Shown in pieces: positions 17,944 to 28,539 of a stretch of 64,000 nucleotides of DNA. This DNA is from an uncultured Acidobacteriaceae bacterium (GTDB lineage Bacteria > Acidobacteriota > Terriglobia > Terriglobales > Acidobacteriaceae): NCBI GenBank assembly GCA_963838425.1, contig CAWIRH010000012.1, forward strand, positions 26,955 to 90,954, read 5' to 3'. Every line of letters starts with the position of its first letter. Position 1 is the stretch's first letter. The notes under the pieces were generated by a model that did not search any database, was not told the origin of the DNA, and was given only the letters and a program-made list of their open reading frames with translations. A program made the position numbers and the translations under genes.

Positions 17944-18378
17944 CTATTGCAGTTTCGCGTACTCGGCTTTGGCTTGTTTCAGGATGGGGATGTCGGGGTC
18001 GGCGTCTTTCCAGACCGCAAAGAAGTCCTCATACGCTCGGCGGGCGGCAGCGGTGTCTCCGGCCTGTCCGTGAGCGCGCGCGAGCCAGACGTAGGTGATC
18101 GGCCAGAAGGGACCAAGCTCGATAGCATTTGGTATGCCAAGCGCAGTCACGGTGCGGTGGTCGATGATCTTCTGAAACTCAGCCGCAGCCGCGGCTGCTT
18201 GCCCCTGCGCCAGCAGCGCGCGGCCGCGAACCGAGCTGACGAACAAGTCGTACTCGGCTGGAGGGAGGGGCAGATTGCGTAGCATGTCCTCAGTGTCCTC
18301 GGCCTTGTAGACGACGCCCATCCCGCCGCCGCCCAGCTTCTCCACAATGCGGTAGTGCGAGATGGTCTGGCCGATCAT
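17944..18378 (-). pseudogene. Internally deleted Ser/Thr kinase-TPR paralogue (in-frame 144-aa relic)
   Basis: The first 29 aa ([29 protein letters not shown]) and the last ~115 aa (...[11 protein letters not shown]...[22 protein letters not shown]) align to the two ends of the 963-aa kinase at 28638..31529. The kinase catalytic domain and most of the TPRs are missing. Confidence 0.8.
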
Positions 18379-18408
18379 GGTTTGGCCGATTATGGGTTTG
18401 GCCGATTG
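18364..18408. repeat. 3 x 15-nt tandem repeat spanning the start codon of the kinase relic
   Basis: GGTCTGGCCGATCAT / GGTTTGGCCGATTAT / GGGTTTGGCCGATTG, giving ...[10 protein letters not shown]... on the coding strand. Confidence 0.8.
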
Positions 18409-18478
18409 ACGAAGAAACTCGCTCTGTACGCGATCATACTAGGAGGGCAAGTTGCGGAGTGTCAATTTGTGAATGGCC

Positions 18479-20043
18479 TCAATCTTTCGGCTGCTTTTGG
18501 GCGGCGGCGCGGTCTTGCAAAGCGATCGTAACCGCGCGCAGCATATCGCCGGCGGGAGCGGGCTTGCCGGTCCAGATCTCAAACTGGCGGGCGGCCTGTT
18601 GCACAAACATTTCGACTCCGGGGATGACGGCGATGCCCTTGGCGCGCGCCACTTGCAGCAGGTGGGTCTCGACCGGATCGTAGACCATGTCGAAAACGAC
18701 GCGGGCCTGAATCTCCTGGTCTTTAAGCGGACAATCGCGCGTGTTGCCCATGCCAACCGGAGTGGCGTTGATGATGACGTCGAAGGCGATCTTGCGGAGG
18801 TCGGCGCGTTTGATGGTGCGGGCCTTGGCCTGGCGAGCGAGTTTCTGAGCTTTGGCGGAAGTGCGATTCAGTATCCAGACTTCAGCGCCGCGCTCCTTGA
18901 GACCGAAGACGGCAGCGCGGGCCGCGCCGCCGGCGCCGAGCACGAGAACTTTGGCGTTCTCGATGGAGAGGCGCTGCTCGAGGGGACGAACAATGCCGGC
19001 GATATCGGTATTGAAACCGTAAAGCTTGCCCTCCTGTCCGCGGACGACGGTATTGCAGGCGCCGATCTTGCTGGTGTGCGCGTCGGTGTTGTCGAGATAG
19101 GGAAGGATGGCCTGCTTGTAGGGCATGGTGATGCTGAGGCCGTGGAGGGGAATCTCGCGCACGCAGTGGATCAGATCCTTGAGCGTTTTGGCGTGGAGAG
19201 GAAGATAAACGCCGTTCACGTTCTCGCGGCGCAGCGCCGTGTTCATGATGACGGGCGAGAGCGAATGTTCGATGGGATCGCCGGCGACTCCATAGACGCG
19301 AGTGGCGGCGTCGACTTGATCGATGCGGTAGATGCTGCGCAGGTCCCGGGCACTGACCTGACCGGGCGCGGTTTTGAGATCGGCGCTAACCGCGCCAAAG
19401 GTGAAAACGCTGCCGGCGCGCACGCTGAGCACGCGGCTGACGATGCCTTGCTCTCCCATGCAGAACCCGATCAGCGCATGCTTGCCGCTCTGCGCCTGCA
19501 GAAACTTCATCATGGCCACGTTGTCGGAGAGCGTGGTGGCGGTGGTGACGACCTTGTAGAAGTCGGCCGGGATCTTCAGCATTTTTCCAGCGTCTCCTCG
19601 AGGTTGCGGGTGGCGCGGAAATCATGGAATGAGAGGATGAGTCCGGCGCGGCTGCGCAGGCGCGCAATCGCTTCGGGCTTCGATTTCAGCGCGCTCTGGA
19701 GTTCCAGGTCGACAATCTGACAGCCGGCGGCGTGGGCCTTGGTGAGCACATCCAATTGAGAAGCCAGCGATCCCTTGAACTTGCCGCCATTGTCGACGCG
19801 GCGGCAGGTAGCGATGGCAGTAACGTACTGGTGGGTTTCAAGAAAACGATGGACTTTGGGAAGCGCGGCCAAGGGCTGCTTCAGGTAGTCCAAACGAAAC
19901 TCGAGGAAGGGGTTGTCCCGAGCCATGGATTCGGCGGTGGCGAGCATGTCTTCGGCAGTGTCGCCGCTCAGGGCAAGGCAGACCCTGGGCAGGCGCATAG
20001 GCAGAAAACGGGGCGCGAGAGTGGAAGACAAAGCCAAGGCCAT
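18479..20043 (-). pseudogene. aroE: Bifunctional 3-dehydroquinate dehydratase (type I) / shikimate dehydrogenase, split by a -1 frameshift at an A5 run (19582..19586)
   Basis: ORF 19576..20043 is the AroD N-terminus. ORF 18479..19582 begins with the AroD C-terminus (MLKIPADFYKVVTTA...GFCMGEQG) and continues into AroE (VYGVAGDPIEHSLSPVIMN...LVLGAGGAARA). Adding one A restores ...LEETLEKMLKIPADFYKV.... Confidence 0.85.
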
Positions 20044-20257
20044 TTGTTTTCAACGACGGCGCGATATTACAGGGGTGCAAGCGCAGATGCAACATTAACG
20101 TTGCCAAACGGCTCCGAAAACACTTTGGGAGCAGGGGGGCTAAACACCCTCGTAACCTTGACCCTTCCCCGAGCGCTTGTTACTTTTCGGCTGTAACCCT
20201 TGTCTTCCGAGAGAGATAGCTGGGGCAACCCCGGAGCGGTTTGGAGTCGGAGGTAAC

Positions 20258-21223
20258 ATGAAGAAAACAGGATTGTTATTGCTGTTTGTGGCGGCTTGGG
20301 CGGCGGCTTGGGCGGTGGCCCAGCAGTCGACGACGGCGAGCACGCCGGATGCGGACGGTATCGTCCACACGTCGGTCAATGTGCCATTCGTGCGTTTCCA
20401 GACGCCCACCGCGGCAGACATTTACTGCGCGGGATTTATTAGCAAGGACCGGGTTCCCGACGCGAACTACGTGAACGGGGGCCTGGAGACACCGACCTCA
20501 ACCAAGTTCGAGATCGGGGAACTGGTTTATCTCGCGGGGAGCGGCTACCAGGCGGGACAACTCTATTCGGTTGTCCGCGAAATACGGGACGTCAACGAGT
20601 ACGAAATCTATCCGGGGATGAGAAAAATACTGGCTGCCGCGGGACGCCCTTACGGGGAAATCGGGAGAGTGCGCGTAGTCGATACCCGCAGTCACAGCGC
20701 CATCGCCCAGGTGGAATTCAGTTGCGATCCCATCAATCCGGGAGATGTCGTCGTGCCCTTCGTGGAAAGGCCGCCGGTAACCTTCCACGTACCCGGACAT
20801 TTTGACCGGTTCGCGCCTCCGAATGGGAAACTGAGCGGACGGATCGTGCTCGGTAAGGACTTTGACGGCTTCCTCGGGACCGGCATGAAGCTTTATATGA
20901 ACATGGGTTCAAACCAGGGCGTAAAAGTGGGAGACTATTTCCGCGTGGTGCGCTCCTACGAAGCGACCTTGCAGGATCCGGTGGACTCGCTCTCCTTCAA
21001 AGCCCGGACTTCAGAAGACACGCAAGTACGGCCGCCGACTTTTGAGGCCGGTCGTTTTACCAGGACCAAAGGGCCGAACATTCATGTGCGCGATCTGCCG
21101 CGGCGCGCCGTGGGAGAAGTGGTGGTTCTGAACGTCACCCCGACCGCATCGTCAGCCATGATCGTCTTCGCACTGGAAGATGTATACGCGGGCGACACGG
21201 TAGAACTGGACGAGCAGCAGTAA
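20258..21223 (+). CDS. Secreted hypothetical protein
   Basis: ATG at 20258 after GGAGG. Signal peptide MKKTGLLLLFVAAWAAAWAVAQQ. I recognise no domain. Confidence 0.65.
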   Translation: MKKTGLLLLFVAAWAAAWAVAQQSTTASTPDADGIVHTSVNVPFVRFQTPTAADIYCAGFISKDRVPDANYVNGGLETPTSTKFEIGELVYLAGSGYQAGQLYSVVREIRDVNEYEIYPGMRKILAAAGRPYGEIGRVRVVDTRSHSAIAQVEFSCDPINPGDVVVPFVERPPVTFHVPGHFDRFAPPNGKLSGRIVLGKDFDGFLGTGMKLYMNMGSNQGVKVGDYFRVVRSYEATLQDPVDSLSFKARTSEDTQVRPPTFEAGRFTRTKGPNIHVRDLPRRAVGEVVVLNVTPTASSAMIVFALEDVYAGDTVELDEQQ

Positions 21224-21249
21224 GAGAACGCGCCAATTTGATCGAAACG

Positions 21250-21279
21250 AGGGGAGAGCGAATCTCCCCTTTTTCTTTT
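21250..21279 (+). terminator. Rho-independent terminator (AGGGGAGA-GCGAA-TCTCCCCT followed by TTTTCTTTT)
   Basis: Read directly, 27 nt after the stop at 21223. Confidence 0.8.
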
Positions 21280-21532
21280 GTGTGGAGTGTGCGCGCGGAG
21301 TGGGGGAACGAGAAGGGCCCGCTTGCAAGAAGCGAACGCGAAGGGACGTGCCGCCCCTACGCGCAGCAGAGTCCCCGACCGGTGTGCCGGTAGTAACACT
21401 GACGCGTGATTAATAACAACAGATTGCGGGTGATAACGCTGGCAATAGATAATGCGGTTATCTTGCGCGTCGGGCGGGCAAATCGACCCGAAGCGACCAC
21501 CCGCCGCAAAAGAAAACTGAAGGAGTTCTGGA

Positions 21533-22384
21533 GTGAGATTTGGCTTCTCCAGGGGCTTGCGCCCATTGCTTCTGAGCGTAGCGCTGATGTGTCTTGCGGC
21601 GCCATACGCGTTGGCTGGTCCGCCATTCTTTACCGACGATCCGGAACCCGTGGAATTCAGGCACTACGAGTTCTATACGTTCTCAACGGTAGATCGTGCT
21701 TCCAACGGATACGGGGTCGCCGGGCCAGCGTTCGAGTTCAACATGGGTGCGGCGCCGAACCTGCAGTTGCACATTGTCGTCCCTATGCAATTGTCGGCTC
21801 CGAACGATGGTCCGAAGACTTTCGGCGTCGGCGATACTGAGATCGGTGCCAAGTACCGCTTTGTCCAGGAGAAGGGCTCACGTCCACAGGTCGGCACATT
21901 TCCAATGGTGGAAGTGCCGTCTGGAAATGCGGATCGAGGCCTCGGGAATGGCCGCGTCTGGTTCCGACTTCCGATCTGGGTGCAAAAAGACTTGGGGCAT
22001 GGTTGGCAGAGTTACGGCGGAGGCGGGTATGTCGTGAATCCCGCACCCGGCATGCGCAACCACCCCTTTTTTGGCTGGCAAGTACAAAAAGAAGTCAACA
22101 AGAAGCTGACGCTCGGCGGGGAATGGTTCAACCCCGGCCGCCAGAGCTTCAACACCAGCAATACCCACATTCTGAACTTGGGCGGATTGTACAACTTCAA
22201 CAAGGACTTCAGTCTGCTGTTCACCGCCGGCCACAGCGTCCAAGGCGAGTCACACACGGTTGTCTATTTGGGGCTTTATTGGACCTGGGGCAAGAAGGGC
22301 AGCGAAGACGCAGAAAAAGCCAAGGGCACCGACGGCATGTCCTCCCTGTTACGCGCGGTGGGGAGGCACAGCGGACTCATGTAG
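21533..22384 (+). CDS. Outer-membrane beta-barrel protein (MetA-pathway-of-phenol-degradation-like transporter family)
   Basis: GTG start after AGGAG, then a signal peptide, then GPPFFTDDPEPVEFRHYEFY, which is typical of that family. The C-terminal part alternates in beta-strand fashion. Confidence 0.65.
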   Translation: MRFGFSRGLRPLLLSVALMCLAAPYALAGPPFFTDDPEPVEFRHYEFYTFSTVDRASNGYGVAGPAFEFNMGAAPNLQLHIVVPMQLSAPNDGPKTFGVGDTEIGAKYRFVQEKGSRPQVGTFPMVEVPSGNADRGLGNGRVWFRLPIWVQKDLGHGWQSYGGGGYVVNPAPGMRNHPFFGWQVQKEVNKKLTLGGEWFNPGRQSFNTSNTHILNLGGLYNFNKDFSLLFTAGHSVQGESHTVVYLGLYWTWGKKGSEDAEKAKGTDGMSSLLRAVGRHSGLM

Positions 22385-22417
22385 CAAGTTGCACGCGCAA
22401 CGCGACCTGGCAATGGG

Positions 22418-22501
22418 TCAGCGGAAGAAACGGATTTTCGGATTTCCCGGGATCATCGCGCCCGCGACGACCAGTACGACGATGACAATAGCGAGTTCCA
22501 T
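22418..22501 (-). CDS. Candidate 27-aa hydrophobic peptide (MELAIVIVVLVVAGAMIPGNPKIRFFR)
   Basis: Found by eye; it is below the ORF-track cutoff. GGGAG lies 5 nt upstream. There is a single TM-like helix. Speculative. Confidence 0.25.
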   Translation of the reverse strand: MELAIVIVVLVVAGAMIPGNPKIRFFR

Positions 22502-22643
22502 GGCGCTCCCAAAAGGCTGCCTTCAAGATCAAAGTAGCAGGGCTCAGCTTACGTCCTTTTGCAGAGAAGGCAAGGGTACTAAAGTGGGGGCGGGCGCGCA
22601 GGAGTGGAGCGCGCAATCCGCGAAGAGATTCTTGAAAACAGAT

Positions 22644-23300
22644 TCAGCAGGGAAGTTCGACATCGCCGTCGGAAAAGACCTCGGCGGTGAAAGCCTCGAT
22701 GGTTGCGGCCTTGCGCCAGGCATCCAGCGGCAGACCAGCCTTGTGGCAGGTTTGCTCCAGAAAAGTTTCCCGGTCCCAACCATGTTCGACCGGGACCTGG
22801 GGCAAAAGCAGGCCGCGGCGAGCGCCTTCCGAAATGAGCAGGCCGTGGCGCCCGACTTCCACCGCGTCGGGATGAATCGGAAACAGGCGGGAGAGCACGC
22901 TCAGAGAAACCTCCAGCTGCAGAGCTTCCTCCTTCGTCACCGGCAAGAAGCGGGAGTCGTCGAAAGCGGCGGCGCGGGCGGTTTCAGCGACGGCGCGATA
23001 CAGAGGCACGATGGGCAAGGGATATCCGACGCATCCGCGCAGTTCACGATGAAGATCGCCGGGGAGAGCGCCGTGCAGATCGCTGTACAGATAAAGAGTG
23101 GTGAAAACGCCTCGTGGCTCCGACAGTGGGGCGGGGAAAGGCGTCGCTTCCAAAGAGGGCTGAGGCTCCAGCACCGACAGAATCGCCTGGTGCGCAATGC
23201 GGAGTAGAGTCCGGCGTAGCTCGAGAGAAAATTCCGGGGAGAGCGGAGCGGGGCCGGGCGCGGCAAGATTCTCAGGCGGCTTTTCAGACAGCTTGGACAT
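22644..23300 (-). CDS. AMMECR1-domain protein (AmmeMemoRadiSam system protein A-like)
   Basis: Contains ...PRGVFTTLY...LRGCVGYP...LEVSLSVLS...GLLISEGARRGLLLPQV.... The likely start is MSKLSEK at 23300. Confidence 0.8.
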   Translation of the reverse strand: MSKLSEKPPENLAAPGPAPLSPEFSLELRRTLLRIAHQAILSVLEPQPSLEATPFPAPLSEPRGVFTTLYLYSDLHGALPGDLHRELRGCVGYPLPIVPLYRAVAETARAAAFDDSRFLPVTKEEALQLEVSLSVLSRLFPIHPDAVEVGRHGLLISEGARRGLLLPQVPVEHGWDRETFLEQTCHKAGLPLDAWRKAATIEAFTAEVFSDGDVELPC

Positions 23301-23937
23301 CGCGTTTTCTCCGCCGGGCAAGGACGAAGGTCCGGCGCCGCCGCTTTTCCGATTTGCGGTCGATCCGGGACCAGAAGGCAACGAAGTAGTCGAGCGCGGA
23401 AACCAGCGAAAGCAGAACCATGAACCAGATGGCGAGCCGGGCAATCCAGTAGATCGGGAAAATGTAAATGCCGAACACGGGCCACTCGTGCCAGCGGCGA
23501 GCGAGAATCACGGCCACCACGGAAATGATCTGCACCAGCATCTTGAACTTGCCCAGTTCGCTCGCTTGAATGGTAAAACCTTCGGAAGCGGCAATGGAGC
23601 GCAGGCCGCTTACCAGAAACTCGCGGCCGACGATGACCACGGCCATCCAGGCCGGCACCAGCGCGGGATTGAACTGCACCAAGGTGATAAAGGCGGCGGC
23701 GATCAGCAACTTGTCGGCCAGCGGATCGAGCAGCATGCCCATGGTGGTGATCTGACCGCGGCGGCGGGCGAGATAGCCGTCAATGCCGTCGGTGATCGAA
23801 GCCAGGATGAAAACCACCGAAGCCAGGATTTCCCTTTCCCCGGTCGGCTCGCCCGAGAGGCGCGGGGTGCAGAGAATCCAGATGAGCAGCGGAATTGCGG
23901 CGATGCGGGTGAGCGTGATGTAGTTAGGAAGATTCAC
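23284..23937 (-). CDS. pgsA: CDP-diacylglycerol--glycerol-3-phosphate 3-phosphatidyltransferase
   Basis: CDP-alcohol phosphatidyltransferase motif DGIDGYLARRRGQITTMGMLLDPLADKLL. 217 aa. Confidence 0.85.
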   Translation of the reverse strand: MNLPNYITLTRIAAIPLLIWILCTPRLSGEPTGEREILASVVFILASITDGIDGYLARRRGQITTMGMLLDPLADKLLIAAAFITLVQFNPALVPAWMAVVIVGREFLVSGLRSIAASEGFTIQASELGKFKMLVQIISVVAVILARRWHEWPVFGIYIFPIYWIARLAIWFMVLLSLVSALDYFVAFWSRIDRKSEKRRRRTFVLARRRKRDVQAV

Positions 23938-24123
23938 GCGATGACTGAGCCAGGGCCGCGGGGGCGGTTAGTGTGATTATCCTCTACATCGGAAGACAAG
24001 GCAACGGACAGAAGTACGGGGTCCAGAAAAGTCAGGATGGCAGCGCCAAAACCGTACCATTTTGGACCGGAGCAAAGGATGAACAGAAGCGGCGTGTGTT
24101 AAGAACAAACGCCGCGCCACTTG

Positions 24124-24486
24124 TTATTCCTTGTGCGCTTCTTTGTAGCCGGCTGCCTTCGCTTCGGCTTCGGTCATGAACTTTCCGTTTTTCGTTTTGC
24201 CGAACCAGCGGCCGCTCTTGTGATAGACGCCACTCTCGGTGTTGACCCAGACTTTGCCGCTGGCCTTAGCGGCGGCGATCTCCTCGCTGGAAGCCTTGGC
24301 AGTAGCCGCCTTGGAAGCAGTCGCCGGAGTTGTGCTGGGACTAACCGGAGGTGCGGGTTTTGCTGCGCTGGAGTTGGTGCTGGCCGCGCTCGCCTGCGCC
24401 TTTGCCAAAGCAGGCGAAATGGCAACCGTAAGCAGCAGACAAAAAGCGAGCATCCACAGAGTGAGTTTGCTTTGGGAGCGATTCAT
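24124..24486 (-). CDS. Small secreted protein with an Ala/Ser/Pro-rich linker (hypothetical)
   Basis: Signal peptide, low-complexity linker and conserved-looking tail VWVNTESGVYHKSGRWFGKTKNGKFMTEAEAKAAGYKEA. Confidence 0.6.
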   Translation of the reverse strand: MNRSQSKLTLWMLAFCLLLTVAISPALAKAQASAASTNSSAAKPAPPVSPSTTPATASKAATAKASSEEIAAAKASGKVWVNTESGVYHKSGRWFGKTKNGKFMTEAEAKAAGYKEAHKE

Positions 24487-24575
24487 ACTTTCCTCGCGAG
24501 ATTAAGAGGCGTCAAGCCTCGTTTTATACGAATCGAACTACAGGGGCCTCCTACTGGAAGCCCCGGAAGATATGG

Positions 24576-25841
24576 CTAGGCATAAATTCCGCGCTGGCGG
24601 ATGGTGTAGGCCACGCGGTCGATCGCCAGCATGTAGGCGGCGATACGGTTGTTCACGCCGTGAGTGTCAGCGTAGCGGACAACGTCATCAAACGCCTCAT
24701 CCATGATCTCTTCCAGATGCTGGTTGACCACCGATTCCTTCCAGAAGTAGCCCTGGCGATCCTGGACCCACTCGAAGTAAGAAGTGGTGACGCCGCCGGC
24801 GTTCGCCAGGATGTCGGGAATCACGAAGACCTTTTTCTTGGAGAGGATATCGTCGGCGGCCGCGGTGGTGGGGCCATTCGCGCCTTCGGCCAGGATCTTG
24901 CATTTCACGCGGTCCGCATTCTGACTGGTGATCTGGTTTTCGGTCGCGGCCGGGATCAGGATGTCGCAATCGACCAGCAGCAGTTCGGCGGGATCGTACT
25001 TCTCGGCCCCCGGGAAGCCTTGAATGGTGCCATTGCGCTGGCGGAATTCCCACAGCGCCGCAAGGTCGATGCCGTCTTTCTTGTACAAGCCACCGTCAAC
25101 CTCGACGATGCCGATGACCTTGTATCCGGCCTCCGCCATGAGGCGGGCCGCGTTCGAACCGACGTTGCCGAAGCCCTGCACGATAACGCGGGTGGTATCG
25201 CGATGGAGGCGCAGTTTCTGGATCGCCTTTTCGCAGACCATGAGAACGCCGCGTCCAGTCGCCTCGCGGCGCCCGCGCGATCCGCCGATGTTGATCGGCT
25301 TGCCGGTCACGACGGCGGTGACGGTCTGGCGGGCATGCATGGAATAGGTGTCCATGATCCAGGCCATGGTCTGTTCGTTGGTGTTCACGTCCGGGGCGGG
25401 AACGTCTTTCTCGGGGCCGATGAAATCGAACAGCTCGGCGGTGTAGCGGCGGGTCATGCGCTCCAACTCGCCCTGCGACATTTTGTGCGGATCGCAAATG
25501 ATGCCGCCCTTGGCGCCGCCGAATGGAATGTTCACCACCGCGCACTTCCACGTCATCCAGCTGGCCAGCGCGCGGACTTCGTCGAGGTTCACGTCGGGCC
25601 CATAGCGCAGCCCGCCCTTGGCTGGGCCGCGCGCAATGGAGTGCTGCACCCGGTATCCGGTGAAGACTTCCAGATGCCCATCGTCCATCTGCACCGGGAT
25701 ATGAACGATAATTTCGCGGCTCGGATTCCGCAGCACCTTCCACAGTCCTTCATCAAGATTCAGCTTATGCGCGGCCAGGTCGAAGCGGGCGGCCTGCGCC
25801 TGCCAGGGATTCGTTTCCTGCTCGAGGTCCACAATAGTCAT
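24576..25841 (-). CDS. gdhA: Glutamate dehydrogenase (Glu/Leu/Phe/Val dehydrogenase family)
   Basis: ATG at 25841 after GGAG. Contains [16 protein letters not shown] and the Rossmann motif VQGFGNVG. The 575-aa ORF extension is rejected. Confidence 0.9.
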   Translation of the reverse strand: MTIVDLEQETNPWQAQAARFDLAAHKLNLDEGLWKVLRNPSREIIVHIPVQMDDGHLEVFTGYRVQHSIARGPAKGGLRYGPDVNLDEVRALASWMTWKCAVVNIPFGGAKGGIICDPHKMSQGELERMTRRYTAELFDFIGPEKDVPAPDVNTNEQTMAWIMDTYSMHARQTVTAVVTGKPINIGGSRGRREATGRGVLMVCEKAIQKLRLHRDTTRVIVQGFGNVGSNAARLMAEAGYKVIGIVEVDGGLYKKDGIDLAALWEFRQRNGTIQGFPGAEKYDPAELLLVDCDILIPAATENQITSQNADRVKCKILAEGANGPTTAAADDILSKKKVFVIPDILANAGGVTTSYFEWVQDRQGYFWKESVVNQHLEEIMDEAFDDVVRYADTHGVNNRIAAYMLAIDRVAYTIRQRGIYA

Positions 25842-26012
25842 AAAAATCTCCGCATAGTTGCGATTACGATTGCCGCGAAGTCGTCGGGCAAGTCTCGCAA
25901 AGTATATTGCCGGCTCGCAGGCTAGGCAAGCGCGGGGAGGACCAAGGGAAGTCATGTATTTACAACGTGCGCACGGCAGTGTATAGTCGTTGTGTATACA
26001 CGGAGGAGATTG

Positions 26013-26306
26013 ATGTCCGCGACAGGAACAGGGACGAGGAGAGGCCGCGATGAAACCATCAACCTGCGGGCCAGCCGGCGCCAGAAATCGCTGATCGACC
26101 GGGCGGCGGATGCGCTGGGCCGCAACCGGTCGGATTTCATGCTCGAAACCGCGTGCCGGGAAGCGGAGGCAGTTCTGCTCGACCGCCGGTATTTTGCCTT
26201 GTCGAGAGAGGAATTCAAGCGCTTCACCTCCATGCTCGACAAGCCTGCGGCGAGCAACGCGAGATTGCGGCGGCTGCTGAAGACGAAAGCGCCCTGGGAG
26301 CAATAA
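26013..26306 (+). CDS. DUF1778 (TacA-like, RHH) type II antitoxin
   Basis: GGAGGAG RBS. The segment [46 protein letters not shown] is characteristic of the family. Confidence 0.8.
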   Translation: MSATGTGTRRGRDETINLRASRRQKSLIDRAADALGRNRSDFMLETACREAEAVLLDRRYFALSREEFKRFTSMLDKPAASNARLRRLLKTKAPWEQ

Positions 26307-26316
26307 GCTGGGAACA

Positions 26317-26847
26317 ATGCGAATGAGCCGGAGCGACCCACTACTAAGCGCGCCCGAGAAGCTGCGCCGGGATCACGAGCTCTCCGAGTTCGAATGCGGA
26401 GAGCCTGCGCTCGACGACTGGCTGCGACGGCGGGCGCTGCAAAACGAGGAAAGCGGCGCTTCGCGTACGTACGTGGTGTGCGCCGGGCAGTATGTTGTGG
26501 GCTATTATGCCCTGGCGGTTGGCGCCGTGGCCCATGTGGAAGCGCCGGGCCGCGTCCGGCGCAACATGCCCGATCCGGTGCCGGTCATGATCATCGGCCG
26601 GCTGGCTGTCCACAAAGATTTTCAGGGGAGAAAGATCGGCCCGGGTCTGCTGCGCGATGCTGTATTGCGCACGTTGCAGGCCGCGGATATTGCCGGCATC
26701 CGCGCGATCCTAGTGCACGCAATTTCAGAGCGGGCACGACAGTTCTATGAAGACTGCGGATTCATTGGGTCTCCAATGGATCCCTTGACGCTGATGATCA
26801 CAGTGGTGGAAGCGGTGAAGGCATTCGTTGGCAAGGATGCCAGCTAA
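26317..26847 (+). CDS. GNAT-family acetyltransferase toxin (TacT-like)
   Basis: Contains ...[30 protein letters not shown]...[23 protein letters not shown].... It starts 10 nt after the antitoxin gene. Confidence 0.8.
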   Translation: MRMSRSDPLLSAPEKLRRDHELSEFECGEPALDDWLRRRALQNEESGASRTYVVCAGQYVVGYYALAVGAVAHVEAPGRVRRNMPDPVPVMIIGRLAVHKDFQGRKIGPGLLRDAVLRTLQAADIAGIRAILVHAISERARQFYEDCGFIGSPMDPLTLMITVVEAVKAFVGKDAS

Positions 26848-26998
26848 GGAAACTCCGATTAAGTCCTTAGGGGGCGAGACGGGCTACGCTAAAGGTGCGA
26901 CCCTCAGCGGCTAAAGCCGCTTGTATAGCGGGTTCTGACGGCATGGCTGAAGCCATGCCCTTTCAAAGCTCTCCGTGAAACTACTTAATCAGAGGTCC
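26848..26998. repeat. MITE-like element, family B (151 bp, TIRs GGAAACTCCGATTAAGT / ACTTAATCAGAGGTCC)
   Basis: Near-identical organisation to 32935..33082. It contains hairpins AGCGGC-TAAA-GCCGCT and GGCATGGC-TGAA-GCCATGCC. Confidence 0.75.
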
Positions 26999-27038
26999 CT
27001 TAGGGGCTGGGCGTCGAGATTCATGCGATGCTAGAAGC

Positions 27039-28539
27039 ATGATCCGTCCCGACTACAAAGAGTTTGCCCGGTTGTCACGCGGCGCCACGCTGGTGCCGGT
27101 GGCGAAGTCGATCTCCGCCGACCTGCTGACGCCGGTTTCCGCCTTTCTTGCCGTGGCTGACGGCGAGCCGGATGCCTTCCTGCTGGAGTCGGTTGAAGGT
27201 GGAGAAAAAATTGGACGCTATACGTTTCTTGGGGTGCGTCCGTTTCTGCGGCTGGAGTCGCGCGGCGCCGAGATCAGGATCGAACGCAGCCGCAACAAGA
27301 AAGTCGAGCGGCGGACGGGAAATGTTTTCGACGTCATCAAAGAACTGCTGCAGCAGCATCGTCCAGCGGCGATGGAAGGCCTGCCGCCGTTTACCGCCGG
27401 CGCGGTCGGTTATTGCGCGTATGACATGGTGCGGCGCCTCGAGAACATCGGCGAGCACGCCTCCGACGACCTCGACGTTCCCGACTGTGTGCTGATGTTT
27501 TTCGACCGGGTGCTTGCCTTCGATCACCTGCGGCACCAGATCCATATTGTTGCGTCGGCGGACGTGACGCGGGAAGCGCCGAGAGGTGCTTACGAGCGCG
27601 CCGTGAAGGACATTGCGCGCATCGAGAAAAAGCTGGCCACGGGTTGGAAGCCGGCGCACTGGCGCAAGGCGGCCACGCAAGTCAAAGCTAAGGGTAAAGC
27701 CACGCACTTCGAAACTGAAGTTTCTCGGAAGCGTCCGCCGCGCCAAGGAGTACATCGCCGCCGGGGACATTTTCCAGGTCGTGCTTTCGCAGCGCTGGGA
27801 TTTCGAGCCGGGAGTCGCTCCGTTCGATCTGTACCGCGCGCTGCGCACGGTGAATCCATCGCCGTACATGTATTACTTGCGATTCGGTGGCGGGAAGAAT
27901 TCTGGAGGAATGCACGTGCTGGGTTCGTCTCCCGAAATGCTGGTGCGTGCCAGCGGCCGGAAGCTTGAATACCGTCCGATTGCCGGCACGCATCCGCGTG
28001 GCCGCGACGAAGCGGAAGACGCGGCGCTCGAAACGAAAATGCTTGGCGACGAGAAAGAACGCGCCGAGCACGTGATGCTGGTCGATCTTGGCCGCAATGA
28101 CCTCGGGCGCGTCAGCGAGTATGGGTCGGTAAAAGTTCGCGATCTGATGTACGTGGAGCGGTATTCGCACGTGATGCACCTGGTATCGGCGCTCGAAGGG
28201 CGGTTGCGTCCTGAACTGAATGCCATGGACGCGTTCGCCGCGTGCTTTCCCGCGGGAACGCTAAGCGGCGCGCCGAAAGTTCGCGCCATGCAGATCATCG
28301 AAGAACTGGAACCGACGCGGCGCGGAGTGTATGGCGGGTCGGTACTCTACGCAGATTTTGCCGGCAATCTGGATTCGTGCATCGCGATTCGAACTCTGCT
28401 CATGAAAGGCAAGAAGGCATACCTGCAAGCGGGCGCAGGAATCGTAGCCGATTCCGATCCGCAGCGCGAGTTTGAAGAAACGGAGAACAAGGCGCGGGCG
28501 GTGCTGCGGGCAGTGGAGATGGCTAGGGGCAGTGGATAG
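27039..28539 (+). pseudogene. trpE: Anthranilate synthase component I, interrupted by a +1 frameshift near 27720
   Basis: ORF 27039..27968 carries the N-terminal domain. ORF 27613..28539 carries ...[26 protein letters not shown]...PYMYYL...GTHPRGRD...GAGIVADS.... The reading frames join at GAA ACT GAA [G] TTT CTC. Confidence 0.85.

Noticed and set aside
25842-26303. 154-codon N-terminal extension of the glutamate dehydrogenase ORF
   Set aside because: It has no similarity to GDH N-termini and overlaps the DUF1778 antitoxin gene. ATG 25841 has a GGAG RBS and gives a canonical 421-aa enzyme.
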